Assembly (NCBI GenBank): GCA_031408595.1
Contig: JANNWQ010000296.1
Coordinates: 916 to 64,915, forward strand
Source: Acidobacteriota bacterium
Lineage (GTDB): Bacteria > Acidobacteriota > Blastocatellia > Pyrinomonadales > Pyrinomonadaceae
Length of the DNA: 64,000 bases
Direction of reading: 5' to 3'
Below, in pieces: positions 17,622-27,319 of the stretch. Both the position numbers and the translations under genes were made by a program. Numbering within the stretch: position 1 is the first letter of the stretch; the number at the start of each line of letters is the position of its first letter. The notes beneath the pieces are model-generated. The model was not told the origin of the DNA. It worked only from the letters and a program-made list of their open reading frames with translations, and searched no databases.

Positions 17622-19507
17622 TGTGGGTCGATAAATCGTTGAAACCAAAGCTCCAGCATCAGCAGTGACCAGATCTGGAATGCGTGGTCAAATTTGCCAG
17701 CGGTGTGCTCGTCGACGTATTTCTGCATCATTTCAGGTTTGACGACACCGCGTTTTAGAGACTTTTCGGAGAGCAGCACTCCGCGAACAAAATCTTTCAT
17801 CTCGCCGCGGAACCAGCTGCCAACCGGAACGCCGAAGCCCATTTTTCGCCGGAAAACCACCTCAGGCGGAACCAGTTTTGCGGCAACTTTCTTGAGCAAA
17901 TACTTGTTGCGAAACTTGTTCATCTTCAGGCTCTCGGGCAGGCTGGCGGCGAATTCGATGAGTTTGTGATCAAGAAACGGCGAGCGGGCCTCGAGCGAAT
18001 TTGCCATTGACGCGATATCGACCTTGACGAGCAGGTCGTTTGGCAAATAGGTCATCTGATCGGTTAGAAGCGTCGCGTCAAGAACGCCAAGGCCATTCGC
18101 CCGGTCAAACCACTGATCAAGCACGTGCGAGGCACTTGCTCCCTTGATCGAATGTGCGAATTCGGGGGTGTAAAGATCTGGTTTCAAAGCTGGTTTGAAA
18201 TTAGACATCCAACGGAAATACCTAGCTTTCACCTCTTCATTTGCAGACGTAAAAAATCGCTGAACGTCGCGAACGCGTGTCTTCCTCAGTTCCGAGGTCG
18301 GCAAAAGGTTGACCGGCCCTTCGATAAATAACTTCCGCAGAGGCTTAGGAATGCTGCGGTATAGATCCGCGACCTCCATCGCCATGTAGCGTTCGTAGCC
18401 CGCGAAACTCTCGTCGCCGCCATCGCCGTTGAGGGCGACGGTGACGTGTTTTCGGGTCTCCTTTGAAACGTAATACGTCGGGATCGCACTAGCATCGGCG
18501 TATGGCTCGCCGTAGTGTTCGACGATGGTAGGCAACACTTCGAGGGCGTTCGGGCGGACGACGAATTCGTTGTATTCGGCTCCGACATGCTCGGCAACGC
18601 GTTTGGCGTATTTGAGCTCGCTAAAATCCTGCTCCTCGAAACCGATCGAAAATGTCTTGACCGGCGAAGAGCTTTCCTGAGCCATCAGAGCGACGACCGC
18701 TGACGAATCGACGCCGCCCGAGAGAAATGCACCGAGCGGCACTTCGGAGATCATGCGGAGCTTGGTCGATTCGCGCAGGATGCGAGTCGTTTCTTCGATC
18801 GCCTCTGTCTCGCTGATCTTTATCTTCTTGGAGAAATCGGGCAGCCAGTATCGTTTTGTCTCGATCTTGCCGTCCTTCCATTTGAGCCAATGGCCGGGTT
18901 CGAGTTTGCGGATTGCTTTGAACGCGGTCTGCGGTGCGGGCACGCAGAGGAACGACATATAGCTGTCGATAGCGGCGTTATCGACCTCTCGGGATACGGA
19001 CGGATGTTTTAGAACTGCCGAAAACTCCGAGCCGAAGATCAGGTCGCCGTTCGGCTGATGGGAATAGAGGATCGGCTTTTTGCCGACTCGGTCGCGAGCG
19101 AGGAACAACGATTTGTCCTGTGTATCCCAGATCGCGATTGCGAACATACCGCGAAGACGTTCGAGGCCGTCAACGCCGTACTTGTCGTACAAATGAAGCA
19201 CGACCTCGGTGTCTGACTTGGTATAAAAGGTGTGACCTTGTTCTTCGAGTTCGGCCCTTAAAGTCTGGTAGTTGTAGATCTCGCCGTTAAAGACGATGGC
19301 CTTTGTTTTATCGGCGTTGTAAATCGGCTGCTGGCCGCTGGCGAGGTCGATGATCGAGAGGCGACGCATTGCGAGGCCGACGTTCTGATGGACGTAAAAG
19401 CCATCCTCATCAGGGCCGCGATGAACGATGGCGTGGTTCATCGAGGCAAGCAGTTTTTCATTCGCTGCATCGCCGTTTGCATTTACAAATCCTGTGATTC
19501 CGCACAT
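17618..19507 (-). CDS. asparagine synthase (glutamine-hydrolysing) family amidotransferase, EPS-locus type
   Basis: MCGITGF N-terminal nucleophile, SGGVDSS PP-loop, 629 aa. Confidence 0.9.
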   Translation of the reverse strand: MCGITGFVNANGDAANEKLLASMNHAIVHRGPDEDGFYVHQNVGLAMRRLSIIDLASGQQPIYNADKTKAIVFNGEIYNYQTLRAELEEQGHTFYTKSDTEVVLHLYDKYGVDGLERLRGMFAIAIWDTQDKSLFLARDRVGKKPILYSHQPNGDLIFGSEFSAVLKHPSVSREVDNAAIDSYMSFLCVPAPQTAFKAIRKLEPGHWLKWKDGKIETKRYWLPDFSKKIKISETEAIEETTRILRESTKLRMISEVPLGAFLSGGVDSSAVVALMAQESSSPVKTFSIGFEEQDFSELKYAKRVAEHVGAEYNEFVVRPNALEVLPTIVEHYGEPYADASAIPTYYVSKETRKHVTVALNGDGGDESFAGYERYMAMEVADLYRSIPKPLRKLFIEGPVNLLPTSELRKTRVRDVQRFFTSANEEVKARYFRWMSNFKPALKPDLYTPEFAHSIKGASASHVLDQWFDRANGLGVLDATLLTDQMTYLPNDLLVKVDIASMANSLEARSPFLDHKLIEFAASLPESLKMNKFRNKYLLKKVAAKLVPPEVVFRRKMGFGVPVGSWFRGEMKDFVRGVLLSEKSLKRGVVKPEMMQKYVDEHTAGKFDHAFQIWSLLMLELWFQRFIDPQ

Positions 19508-19510
19508 CTG

Positions 19511-20881
19511 TTATCTATTCGCGAGTCCAGCTCCGGTTCGTAGCTGATGGTCGATCTTCCTTTGGGCCGCCTGACGAACTAAACGCTTATTCTCCCGTCG
19601 TTCCTGATATACCGTCCATCCAACGGCGATCATTATGAATAGAAAGACCTGGATCTGGGTCCGTTGACGATAGGCCGTGCCGACATTTCCCTGCAAAACA
19701 GAGTAAGCAACCGACAGCAGGAGGCTAAAGATCAAAACCGGAAAAGCATTTCGCAGTTTATACCTGATCGTATAACCCAATCCCAAGATCGCGAAAGGGA
19801 TCATCGCCCACCACGCAAGCACCTCGGGGATGGTGATCGACTGACGCAGATTCTCGGCTTGCCAGGGGAAAGGTGCGAGCATTAGATACATAAAACCGGT
19901 TGGCACCGCGGTCAAGGCACCTTCCGAGGTCGAGACGTCCAATTCCTCGTTAAAGCCGGAACCTGCGGCCCGGGCAAGGTCGGAGCGGCTCGACTGGATG
20001 CGTTCGAGATTTCCAAAAACGCGCAATTCGACGTTGGCGGTTCTCCCGACACCGAGATACATCAGCCCAAACCCGATGATGAAAAGCACGACAGTACGGC
20101 GAAAGATCGATTGGTTTGATTTTGATACGCCGACCACAAAGCTTCCAACGACGGCGATAAACACCATGTAGAAAATGTAGAATCGCAGCGACAAAATACC
20201 GACCATCGAAAAGACCAGAAAGCCGATCGCGGCATAGCTAAACTTTTTCTGTAGTTGCAGAACCATCGTCATCGCCGCGACGAGAAGGAAAATAATTAAC
20301 CCGTCTTTTAACAGCTGCCCGGACCAGATAACAAACGACGGGAAGATCGCGATCGATAGTGCGGCAAACCTCGCTACTTTCAAATTGCCAAAGATCGTCT
20401 TCGAACAGTAATAGATCATCGGTGCCGTAGCAGCGCCCACGACAGCGCAGAAAGACTGAGCAGCTAGGATGTTTCGGCCAAATATCATGTAGATAACGCC
20501 GGTAAGATAGTTCATTCCCCATCCGGCGCCACTTTCCGGGTTCCCCTGGATCAACAGCGAAGTCGTTTCGGTATTAAGGCCAAGCCAAAATTCGACGAGT
20601 GACCAGCCATTGGCATCGTAGGCAAGGGCATCGCCACCAAAAAACGTCCGCCATTCGAAAATATGAATCACCAGCCCAAATCCCATTCGCAATATCAGGC
20701 CGGTCAGAAAGACCGTCGTAATGAACTCTTTCTCGTCGGTGTAATTGCGGAACAACAGGATCGCGACCCCTGACATTAGGCCGGCGAGTCCCAATGCCGC
20801 CGCGCCCTCGGCGACCGGGATCGCGAACAAACAGAGCGCGGCCAGCAGTAAACAACCTAAGAGTAGAAACCGGTTTACCAC
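19511..20881 (-). CDS. polytopic membrane protein, candidate GT-C glycosyltransferase or Wzy-type polymerase
   Basis: About 12 predicted TM helices. First loop FFGGDALAYDANGW. GTG start with a one-nt overlap on the carbamoyltransferase stop. The function call is tentative. Confidence 0.75.
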   Translation of the reverse strand: MVNRFLLLGCLLLAALCLFAIPVAEGAAALGLAGLMSGVAILLFRNYTDEKEFITTVFLTGLILRMGFGLVIHIFEWRTFFGGDALAYDANGWSLVEFWLGLNTETTSLLIQGNPESGAGWGMNYLTGVIYMIFGRNILAAQSFCAVVGAATAPMIYYCSKTIFGNLKVARFAALSIAIFPSFVIWSGQLLKDGLIIFLLVAAMTMVLQLQKKFSYAAIGFLVFSMVGILSLRFYIFYMVFIAVVGSFVVGVSKSNQSIFRRTVVLFIIGFGLMYLGVGRTANVELRVFGNLERIQSSRSDLARAAGSGFNEELDVSTSEGALTAVPTGFMYLMLAPFPWQAENLRQSITIPEVLAWWAMIPFAILGLGYTIRYKLRNAFPVLIFSLLLSVAYSVLQGNVGTAYRQRTQIQVFLFIMIAVGWTVYQERRENKRLVRQAAQRKIDHQLRTGAGLANR

Positions 20882-22596
20882 TAATTACACGTCTCCCTCA
20901 GCACAAGATTGCTTTCGAGCACGAGCGCGTCAAAATTAGAGTTGTTGAAGGTATTTACGGCATTCAGCGGCGTGCAGACGATCGGCTCCTGTACGTTAAA
21001 TGAAGTATTTAGCAGCATCGGAATGCCGGTGATCTTTTTGAACTCATCGATAAGCCGCCAATAGCGCGGATTCGTCAGTTTATTGACCATCTGCGGCCGT
21101 GCCGTGCCGTCTACGTGGACGACAGCGGGTATTTTGGCCTTATATTCCTCGGCGACCTCGATAACGGTGATCATGAATGGATCATGATGCTCGACGCCAA
21201 AAACCTCGGTGCCGTGTTCCTCGAGCATCGAGGGAGCAAGCGGACGAAACCATTCGCGAAGCTTGACCTTGTGGTTCAATATCTCGCGCATATCCGCCCG
21301 ACGCGGATCGGCGAGAAAGCTGCGTGCACCGAGAGCACGCGGGCCCAATTCCATCCGTCCGTTGAACCAACCGACGATCGCACCTTCCGAGATCAATTTT
21401 GCGACACGCGGCAGTAGTACGTCGTCCTCAAGTGTTTCGTATTTGAGGCCGGCTTCATCGAGTACTTGTTGACATTCGGTGTTGGTAAATCCCGGGCCGT
21501 AATACGCGTGCTTCATCTCAAAACCACGAGGCTTACCTAGCTTCTGATGCCAGACCATCATCGCCGCACCAAGGCTACATCCGGCGTCGCCGGCGGCCGG
21601 TTGGACGTAAAATCGATTGAATGGCGTCTCGTGAAAGATGCGGCCGTTCATTACCGAATTGAACGCAACGCCGCCAGCCATGCAAAGATTTTCTTCACCG
21701 GTCATTTCGTGGATCGTTTTGACGAGGTAAATTGCGGTGTCCTCGAGGGCTTTTTGCGCACTGCACGCGATGTCCCAGTGGTGTTGGGTGAGTTCTTCGC
21801 CTTGTTTTCGGCCGGGGCCGAGTTCATTGACAATCGTTTCCGGAAACTGATAATGCTTGGCAAGATGATGATCGAGCACCTTGATCTCAAACCGAAAATC
21901 GCCGCTGCCATTGGTCGTCAGGACCTTTTCACGAAAGAAATCGTAATACTTCGGCGTGCCATACGCGGCGAGTCCCATCACCTTCCACTCGTCGCCCTTG
22001 AACATATCAAAGCCGATGTAATTGGTCACCGCCGAATAAAATTGGCCAAGACTGTGCGGCAGTTTGATCCGTTTCAGTATGTCGATCTTGTTGTCTTTCC
22101 CGCGAGAGAAAAGTGTCGTCGTATCTTCGCCCGTCCCGTCCCAAGTCAGAATCGCGGCGGAGTCGAAGGGCGAAACAAAAAACGCCGATGCAGCGTGCGT
22201 CTGGTGGTGTTCGAGGTAATGAAATTTGAAATCACTCGGGCCGAAGTGTTCGCGTAAGCGCTTTGGATGTTTGAACATACCAAGATAACTGTCGCTTACT
22301 TGAGCAATGCCGCGATCCGCTCGAGCCTTAAACATTTCGCGCGAGATCAACGCCGATCTCGCCGCCTGCATAGCCTTGTGCCGCAAGATCCACGGCTTCC
22401 AGTAATGCCCGACATGGGCAACATCCTTGAGAGTGATGCCGGCTTGTTCGAGACAGAATTCGATAGCTTTGTACGGAAAACCGCTGTGATGCTTGACCCG
22501 CGAAAAACGCTCCTCCTCGACAGCCGCCACCAGCTCGCCATCCTTGATGAGCGAGGCTGCGGAGTCGCCGAGCGTGGTCAAACCTAAGATGTACAC
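20881..22596 (-). CDS. NodU/CmcH family carbamoyltransferase
   Basis: YILGLTTLGDSAASLIKDGELVAAVEEERFSRVKHH, 571 aa, GTG start directly after the DUF2442 stop. Confidence 0.9.
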   Translation of the reverse strand: MYILGLTTLGDSAASLIKDGELVAAVEEERFSRVKHHSGFPYKAIEFCLEQAGITLKDVAHVGHYWKPWILRHKAMQAARSALISREMFKARADRGIAQVSDSYLGMFKHPKRLREHFGPSDFKFHYLEHHQTHAASAFFVSPFDSAAILTWDGTGEDTTTLFSRGKDNKIDILKRIKLPHSLGQFYSAVTNYIGFDMFKGDEWKVMGLAAYGTPKYYDFFREKVLTTNGSGDFRFEIKVLDHHLAKHYQFPETIVNELGPGRKQGEELTQHHWDIACSAQKALEDTAIYLVKTIHEMTGEENLCMAGGVAFNSVMNGRIFHETPFNRFYVQPAAGDAGCSLGAAMMVWHQKLGKPRGFEMKHAYYGPGFTNTECQQVLDEAGLKYETLEDDVLLPRVAKLISEGAIVGWFNGRMELGPRALGARSFLADPRRADMREILNHKVKLREWFRPLAPSMLEEHGTEVFGVEHHDPFMITVIEVAEEYKAKIPAVVHVDGTARPQMVNKLTNPRYWRLIDEFKKITGIPMLLNTSFNVQEPIVCTPLNAVNTFNNSNFDALVLESNLVLRETCN

Positions 22597-22839
22597 TTAA
22601 CTTTCTAACGGAAGGCCGAGATCGTAGAGAGCTTCGGGGTCGAAATCCACATCGTTTGCCCAAGCTACACTACTAAAGCAAACGCGTGCGGTTTTGAACA
22701 TAGCTATGTCCTGTAATTCCCGGAAAACCCCTTTATCGAGGTATGGTTTCATATCGAACAGCTTTCGTTTTCCGTCCTCAAACGTTAGTGCAAGCGTGTA
22801 ATCGTCTCTCGCTTCAACTTTTTTTACTCGCCAGTACAT
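22597..22839 (-). CDS. DUF2442 family small protein
   Basis: VKKVEARDDYTLALTFEDGKRKLFDMKPYL pattern, 80 aa, lower GC than flanks. Confidence 0.8.
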   Translation of the reverse strand: MYWRVKKVEARDDYTLALTFEDGKRKLFDMKPYLDKGVFRELQDIAMFKTARVCFSSVAWANDVDFDPEALYDLGLPLES

Positions 22840-22843
22840 ACTT

Positions 22844-23107
22844 CTACCTTAAAGGCTCAATTGGGAAGGGCTTTTCTGAATTCTGACACAGCTCCCAGTC
22901 TGCGATCAGTTCGTCCCGATGTATTTCGATCCACGCTTGCACTAACCTCGTCTGCCGATTCGGAAAGTCTCCCGTCTTTTCACCATCTTCGATCGAGAAT
23001 ACTGCTTCGTTGCCCTGATAAACGGCGTGGATATGCGGTGGGTTGTGCTCCTTCGGCGGATAGAACATCCGAATCACAATACCGAAAAACATTGAAATAG
23101 TTGGCAT
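22844..23107 (-). CDS. DUF4160 family small protein
   Basis: MPTISMFFGIVIRMFYPPKEHNPPHIHAVYQGNEAVFSI is the canonical DUF4160 N-terminus. 4 nt upstream of the DUF2442 gene. Confidence 0.85.
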   Translation of the reverse strand: MPTISMFFGIVIRMFYPPKEHNPPHIHAVYQGNEAVFSIEDGEKTGDFPNRQTRLVQAWIEIHRDELIADWELCQNSEKPFPIEPLR

Positions 23108-23113
23108 AAGATT

Positions 23114-24238
23114 CTATTTCACCAATGCTCGGCTAGTGAGCTCCGCCGTCGCCCCTTCAACTCTATCTTCTGCTTCCTGCGTCGCCAGCCACGCGAGCAA
23201 TTCTGCCAGCCCATCTTCGAGTGTCACTGAAGGCTCGTAGCCGAGCATTTTTCTTGCCTTTGAGATGTCTGCGACGCAGTGGCGTATGTCGCCTTCGCGG
23301 TATTTGCCGACGATGTCGCTTTGGATGTCTTTGCCGAGGCCGCTAGCTAGTAGCTCCGCGATCTCGCGGACGCTGGTCGCACGGCCTGTGCCGATGTTGA
23401 ACGAATTGTAATCGCCGCCGTCCGTGTCGATGGCGAGCAGATTGGCTCGAACGATGTCCTTAACGTTCACGAAATCGCGAGTCTGTTCCCCGTCCTCGAA
23501 GATCGTCGGAGCCTGATCGTTCATCAATCTCGACGAGAAGATAGCGCAGATACCGGTGTATGGATTAGACAAAGCTTGGCGCGGACCGTAGACGTTGAAG
23601 TAGCGAAATGCGACGGTTGGTATCTTATACGCACGTCCAACGGCTAGGCAGTATTGCTCCTGATCCTGTTTGCTCACCGCGTAAACCGACGTCGGGAAAA
23701 GTGGCTTGGCTTCGGATGTTCCGATCGTTTTGAGAGGAGAGTCACAGGTCTCGCAACTAAAATCCCACTCGTGTGCCTCAAGTTGCTCGCTTGGCCGCAG
23801 AAACGGATTGACGTTCTCATTACACGTTTCGCAGCAATAGGCACCTTCGCCGTAGATAGACATCGACGATGCGACAACGAGTTTCTTGAACTGCTTTGGC
23901 CGCTTGACCATCTCCTCAAGCAGAACGGCGGTCCCGAGATCGTTCGCCTTTACATACTTGACGATCTCATACATCGATTGCCCGACGCCTACCTCGGCCG
24001 CCTGGTGATAAACCACATCGATCCCGTCGAGAGCCGCTCGAACAGCCTCCTGGTCGCACACATCAGCATGGATAAACTCCGCCTTCGGGTTCAAAAAGTC
24101 AGGCACTTTACCGCCATGCACCTGTTCGACAAGCGAATCTAGAATACGGACGTTGTGGCCGCGCTCGACGAGGGCGTCCACGAGGTGTGACGCAATAAAA
24201 CCGGCGCCGCCGGTCACGAGAATGTTCAATTTATCCAT
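23114..24238 (-). CDS. NAD-dependent epimerase/dehydratase (extended SDR) with a Cys4 zinc-ribbon-like insertion
   Basis: ILVTGGAGFIASHL, YAVSK catalytic YxxxK, and the insertion YCCETCNENV...SCETCDS. The ATG at 24238 is preferred over the track GTG at 24247. Confidence 0.9.
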   Translation of the reverse strand: MDKLNILVTGGAGFIASHLVDALVERGHNVRILDSLVEQVHGGKVPDFLNPKAEFIHADVCDQEAVRAALDGIDVVYHQAAEVGVGQSMYEIVKYVKANDLGTAVLLEEMVKRPKQFKKLVVASSMSIYGEGAYCCETCNENVNPFLRPSEQLEAHEWDFSCETCDSPLKTIGTSEAKPLFPTSVYAVSKQDQEQYCLAVGRAYKIPTVAFRYFNVYGPRQALSNPYTGICAIFSSRLMNDQAPTIFEDGEQTRDFVNVKDIVRANLLAIDTDGGDYNSFNIGTGRATSVREIAELLASGLGKDIQSDIVGKYREGDIRHCVADISKARKMLGYEPSVTLEDGLAELLAWLATQEAEDRVEGATAELTSRALVK

Positions 24239-24239
24239 G

Positions 24240-25325
24240 CTAAGCACGCTTTGCGGCCGTGGCCACGCTGCGGAAAATTTCGAGTACCTTTGGCGCGATC
24301 ACTTTTGCCGAGTATTCGTCCTCGACAGTTTTTCGTCCCGCCATCCCGATCTTTTGCCGGAGTTCGGGTGAGTGAAGCATCAATTTCAGCTTCTCGACCC
24401 ACTCGGCGGTGCCGTCGGCAAGGTAGCCGTTTTCGCCATCTTTAATGATTGTAGAATTTACACCGACCGGCGAGCAAATGGTTGGTATGCCGAGGGCCAT
24501 GTATTGCAGTGCCTTGAGCCCGCATTTTCCGCGGCTCCAGTCCTCGTCCGGCAGCGGCATAAGGCCGATATCGATCTCGCGAAGGTCATCGAGCTCGGTC
24601 GACGAACGCCACTGCATAGCCTCAGTATCGACGCCCGGGATCTTGTAATTCGGTGTTCCGATGACTCGAAGTCTAAAATTCTCGGTCTTCGCGAGTTCCT
24701 GCAGCACATCACGGATCGTATCGAGATGCTGGACGGTGCTAAAGCTGCCGCTCCACCCGATCGTCACGGTTTCGGGCTCGGAACGCTCGACGACGGTGTA
24801 TTTATCCGTATCGATCGTCGTCGGAATGATCGTCAGATTCTCGTTGTGTTTGCTGCAATAATCGGCGAGATATTCATTACCCGGCATTATATGAGCCGCA
24901 AGGCTGCATATCTCTGCCGTCTTGCCCGGAAATTTTAGATAACTAAGATAACCGTTTGAAGGACTTTTATACGAGACAAAGATCGCGTCGTCGAGGTCGA
25001 AAACGATCGGCACGCCCGCCTTTGCTATCTTTCGCTCAAACCACGGTGCCCCTAAAATTGCGGCTTCACGAAAAAGGTAAACGAGGTCGTAATCCGCGAC
25101 ACTATCGAGGTCGCGGCTCCGGAGACGCATGTTTTTTGTGACCGCTCCGACCTTTGCGAGGACATTTCCGCCGGTGTGGAGAACTGCTTTAAGTTCGGCG
25201 GTCTCGAATGGTGCGTACGCCAATTCGACACCGCCCGCCGCGAGTATCGGTTCCCATTGTTCAATGCGAAAACGCTGCCCGGGCGAGGTGTCATAGATCG
25301 ATGGAACTACAGCCAAAACTCGCAT
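24240..25325 (-). CDS. glycosyltransferase family 4 (GT-B)
   Basis: 361 aa with C-terminal GLKALQYMALGIPTICSPVGVNSTIIKDGENGYL. Confidence 0.85.
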   Translation of the reverse strand: MRVLAVVPSIYDTSPGQRFRIEQWEPILAAGGVELAYAPFETAELKAVLHTGGNVLAKVGAVTKNMRLRSRDLDSVADYDLVYLFREAAILGAPWFERKIAKAGVPIVFDLDDAIFVSYKSPSNGYLSYLKFPGKTAEICSLAAHIMPGNEYLADYCSKHNENLTIIPTTIDTDKYTVVERSEPETVTIGWSGSFSTVQHLDTIRDVLQELAKTENFRLRVIGTPNYKIPGVDTEAMQWRSSTELDDLREIDIGLMPLPDEDWSRGKCGLKALQYMALGIPTICSPVGVNSTIIKDGENGYLADGTAEWVEKLKLMLHSPELRQKIGMAGRKTVEDEYSAKVIAPKVLEIFRSVATAAKRA

Positions 25326-25355
25326 ACCAAAACCTAAAATGGTAGCAAGTGCCCG

Positions 25356-26570
25356 TCAGCTTTGCAATATCTTGTCGTAAAGACGCCGATAACGCACGCC
25401 GCCGACAGTTTCGAGGTCAAAGCGACGTCTTGCCGTTTCTTTACAACGCTCGGAGACATTCCCGAGGCGTCGAAGGCGGAAAAGGACATTTTGATAAGCT
25501 TCCGGCTCGAATTTATCGATCAGCAGTCCGACCTTCTCGGTCAGAATGAGCTCATCGACATCGCCGACTCCGGAATTTGCGATGATCGGCAATCCGGCGG
25601 CGAGGTATTCCGGGATCTTCGTTGGTGAGCGAGATTGCGTCGCGTACGTTGCCTTAACAAACGAAAGCCCGACATCCGATGCACTCAGAAAGGCAGGAAT
25701 TTCCGACGGATCGACTCGGCCGACAAACATATCGCTCGCTGAGAATCCACGTTCTTTCAACAGCATTTCGATCTCTGCCGGATCCGATTGTGTTAGGAAC
25801 ATCGCAAACGCTCGCTGATCGAGCTCGCGGGCGGTTGCCATCAGATCAGCCAGTTCTTTCGTCAGATACAAACCGCCGAGGGCTCCGACGTGCGTGTAAA
25901 CCGTACGACCTGCGACACCGAGTTTCTCGCGCATTTCGTCGCGATGTGAACCGATGTCCGGTGGGAATCGTTCGGCAAAATCAACGCAGCAGGGAATTAC
26001 TTCGACCGGACGTGTCTCATCGACGAGGATCATTTCACGTGCTTTTTCCGTCAACACAACAAACCCATCCGACTCCTTCATTAGCCAACGCTCAACGCGT
26101 TTCGCTGAGCGATAGAGCAGGCCGTTCTCGGGCCAGACTCCGGCGTCGGTGTATTCCTCGGGAAAAAAGCCGCGGATGTCGAAGATGAGTTTTGGTTTGC
26201 GCCCTGAGAATTTGCGTGCGAGTGCCCCCATCAGCGTTGCTACATGGACGCGACCGTGGAGGACATCGATCTTATCTGTCGCGATCTTTTTCCGAACGGC
26301 TAGCGAGCCCACCAAGATGTCCCAAGCTGTAGCAATTGCCGATGGACGCTTGTGATAAGCACGGAGATGCCATTTGATGCCTTTCTCAGCAAGTTTGACC
26401 CGTTCCGTTTCTACCGCTGCCGGCGTCCACTCCGTCGATATTTCCGGCTCAAATGTGATCAGCGAAACATCGATCCCGCCTTTCGCTAGCTCCTGCAAAT
26501 ACGGGAGAACCTGCGTCCGAACGAGCGGCTGCCTGAGGCCGAAATAGCAGATATAGAGCGTTTTTTTCAT
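25356..26570 (-). CDS. glycosyltransferase family 4 (GT-B)
   Basis: 404 aa, SPTKIPEYLAAGLPIIANSGVGDVDELI. Confidence 0.85.
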   Translation of the reverse strand: MKKTLYICYFGLRQPLVRTQVLPYLQELAKGGIDVSLITFEPEISTEWTPAAVETERVKLAEKGIKWHLRAYHKRPSAIATAWDILVGSLAVRKKIATDKIDVLHGRVHVATLMGALARKFSGRKPKLIFDIRGFFPEEYTDAGVWPENGLLYRSAKRVERWLMKESDGFVVLTEKAREMILVDETRPVEVIPCCVDFAERFPPDIGSHRDEMREKLGVAGRTVYTHVGALGGLYLTKELADLMATARELDQRAFAMFLTQSDPAEIEMLLKERGFSASDMFVGRVDPSEIPAFLSASDVGLSFVKATYATQSRSPTKIPEYLAAGLPIIANSGVGDVDELILTEKVGLLIDKFEPEAYQNVLFRLRRLGNVSERCKETARRRFDLETVGGVRYRRLYDKILQS

Positions 26571-27289
26571 CGGTCAAACTCGGCTACGACAATCGAACGA
26601 TACGCATTGTCCGCTGTAGCTCGTGGCATTATCGGCAGGGCGACGCCAGCGGCGACGTTGGCGGCGATGTAAATATACTTCGATCTTGCCGCAGCCCAAC
26701 GCAACGCTTTTGCGGCGGATGAATGTTCGGAATAGAGCGTTTTTATGCGGACGGTGCGGCCGAGTCGCGACGATTCCGCCTCTATCGCCGACGCGATGTC
26801 GTGCGATTCCGGATAACTGTCGCGAAGATGTTCCTCAAGCCATTCCGGCAGCGGTAGGTTGCGGTGATGGAGTTCGTAGGCAAATGCGTCGTCGATCTTC
26901 CGGGCATACTCGCCGCCGGGGAAAGTGATAACGATCGCCTTTCGAGCTACCCGAACCATCTGCTGCACGGCACTTTCTCGCAGATCGACAGGCAGATGTT
27001 CCAAGACATCGACCGACACCGCAAGGTCGAATGAGCCATCGTCAAACGGCAAGTCGAGGATGCTGCCGTGGATGTATTTCAGCGACGGGTCGACGTCGCT
27101 TGCCGGCAATATATCGACACCGGTGATACTCGCCGTCGGCATAAATGCGGCGAGGCCATGATTGCCGCAGCCGGCGTCGAGGATCGTCGATTCAGGCCCG
27201 ATCATTGGCCTCAAAACGCTCGCGACATCGATATTGCGGCATCGGGTGTCCCAGCCAAATTTGTAGATCAGATCGTGGATCGCTGCCAT
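26567..27289 (-). CDS. class I SAM-dependent methyltransferase
   Basis: ILDAGCGNHG and FDLAVSVDVLEHL. ATGA overlap with the downstream GT. Confidence 0.8.
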   Translation of the reverse strand: MAAIHDLIYKFGWDTRCRNIDVASVLRPMIGPESTILDAGCGNHGLAAFMPTASITGVDILPASDVDPSLKYIHGSILDLPFDDGSFDLAVSVDVLEHLPVDLRESAVQQMVRVARKAIVITFPGGEYARKIDDAFAYELHHRNLPLPEWLEEHLRDSYPESHDIASAIEAESSRLGRTVRIKTLYSEHSSAAKALRWAAARSKYIYIAANVAAGVALPIMPRATADNAYRSIVVAEFDR

Positions 27290-27319
27290 ATTAATTCGGC
27301 GTAAACATCGGTATCGCCG

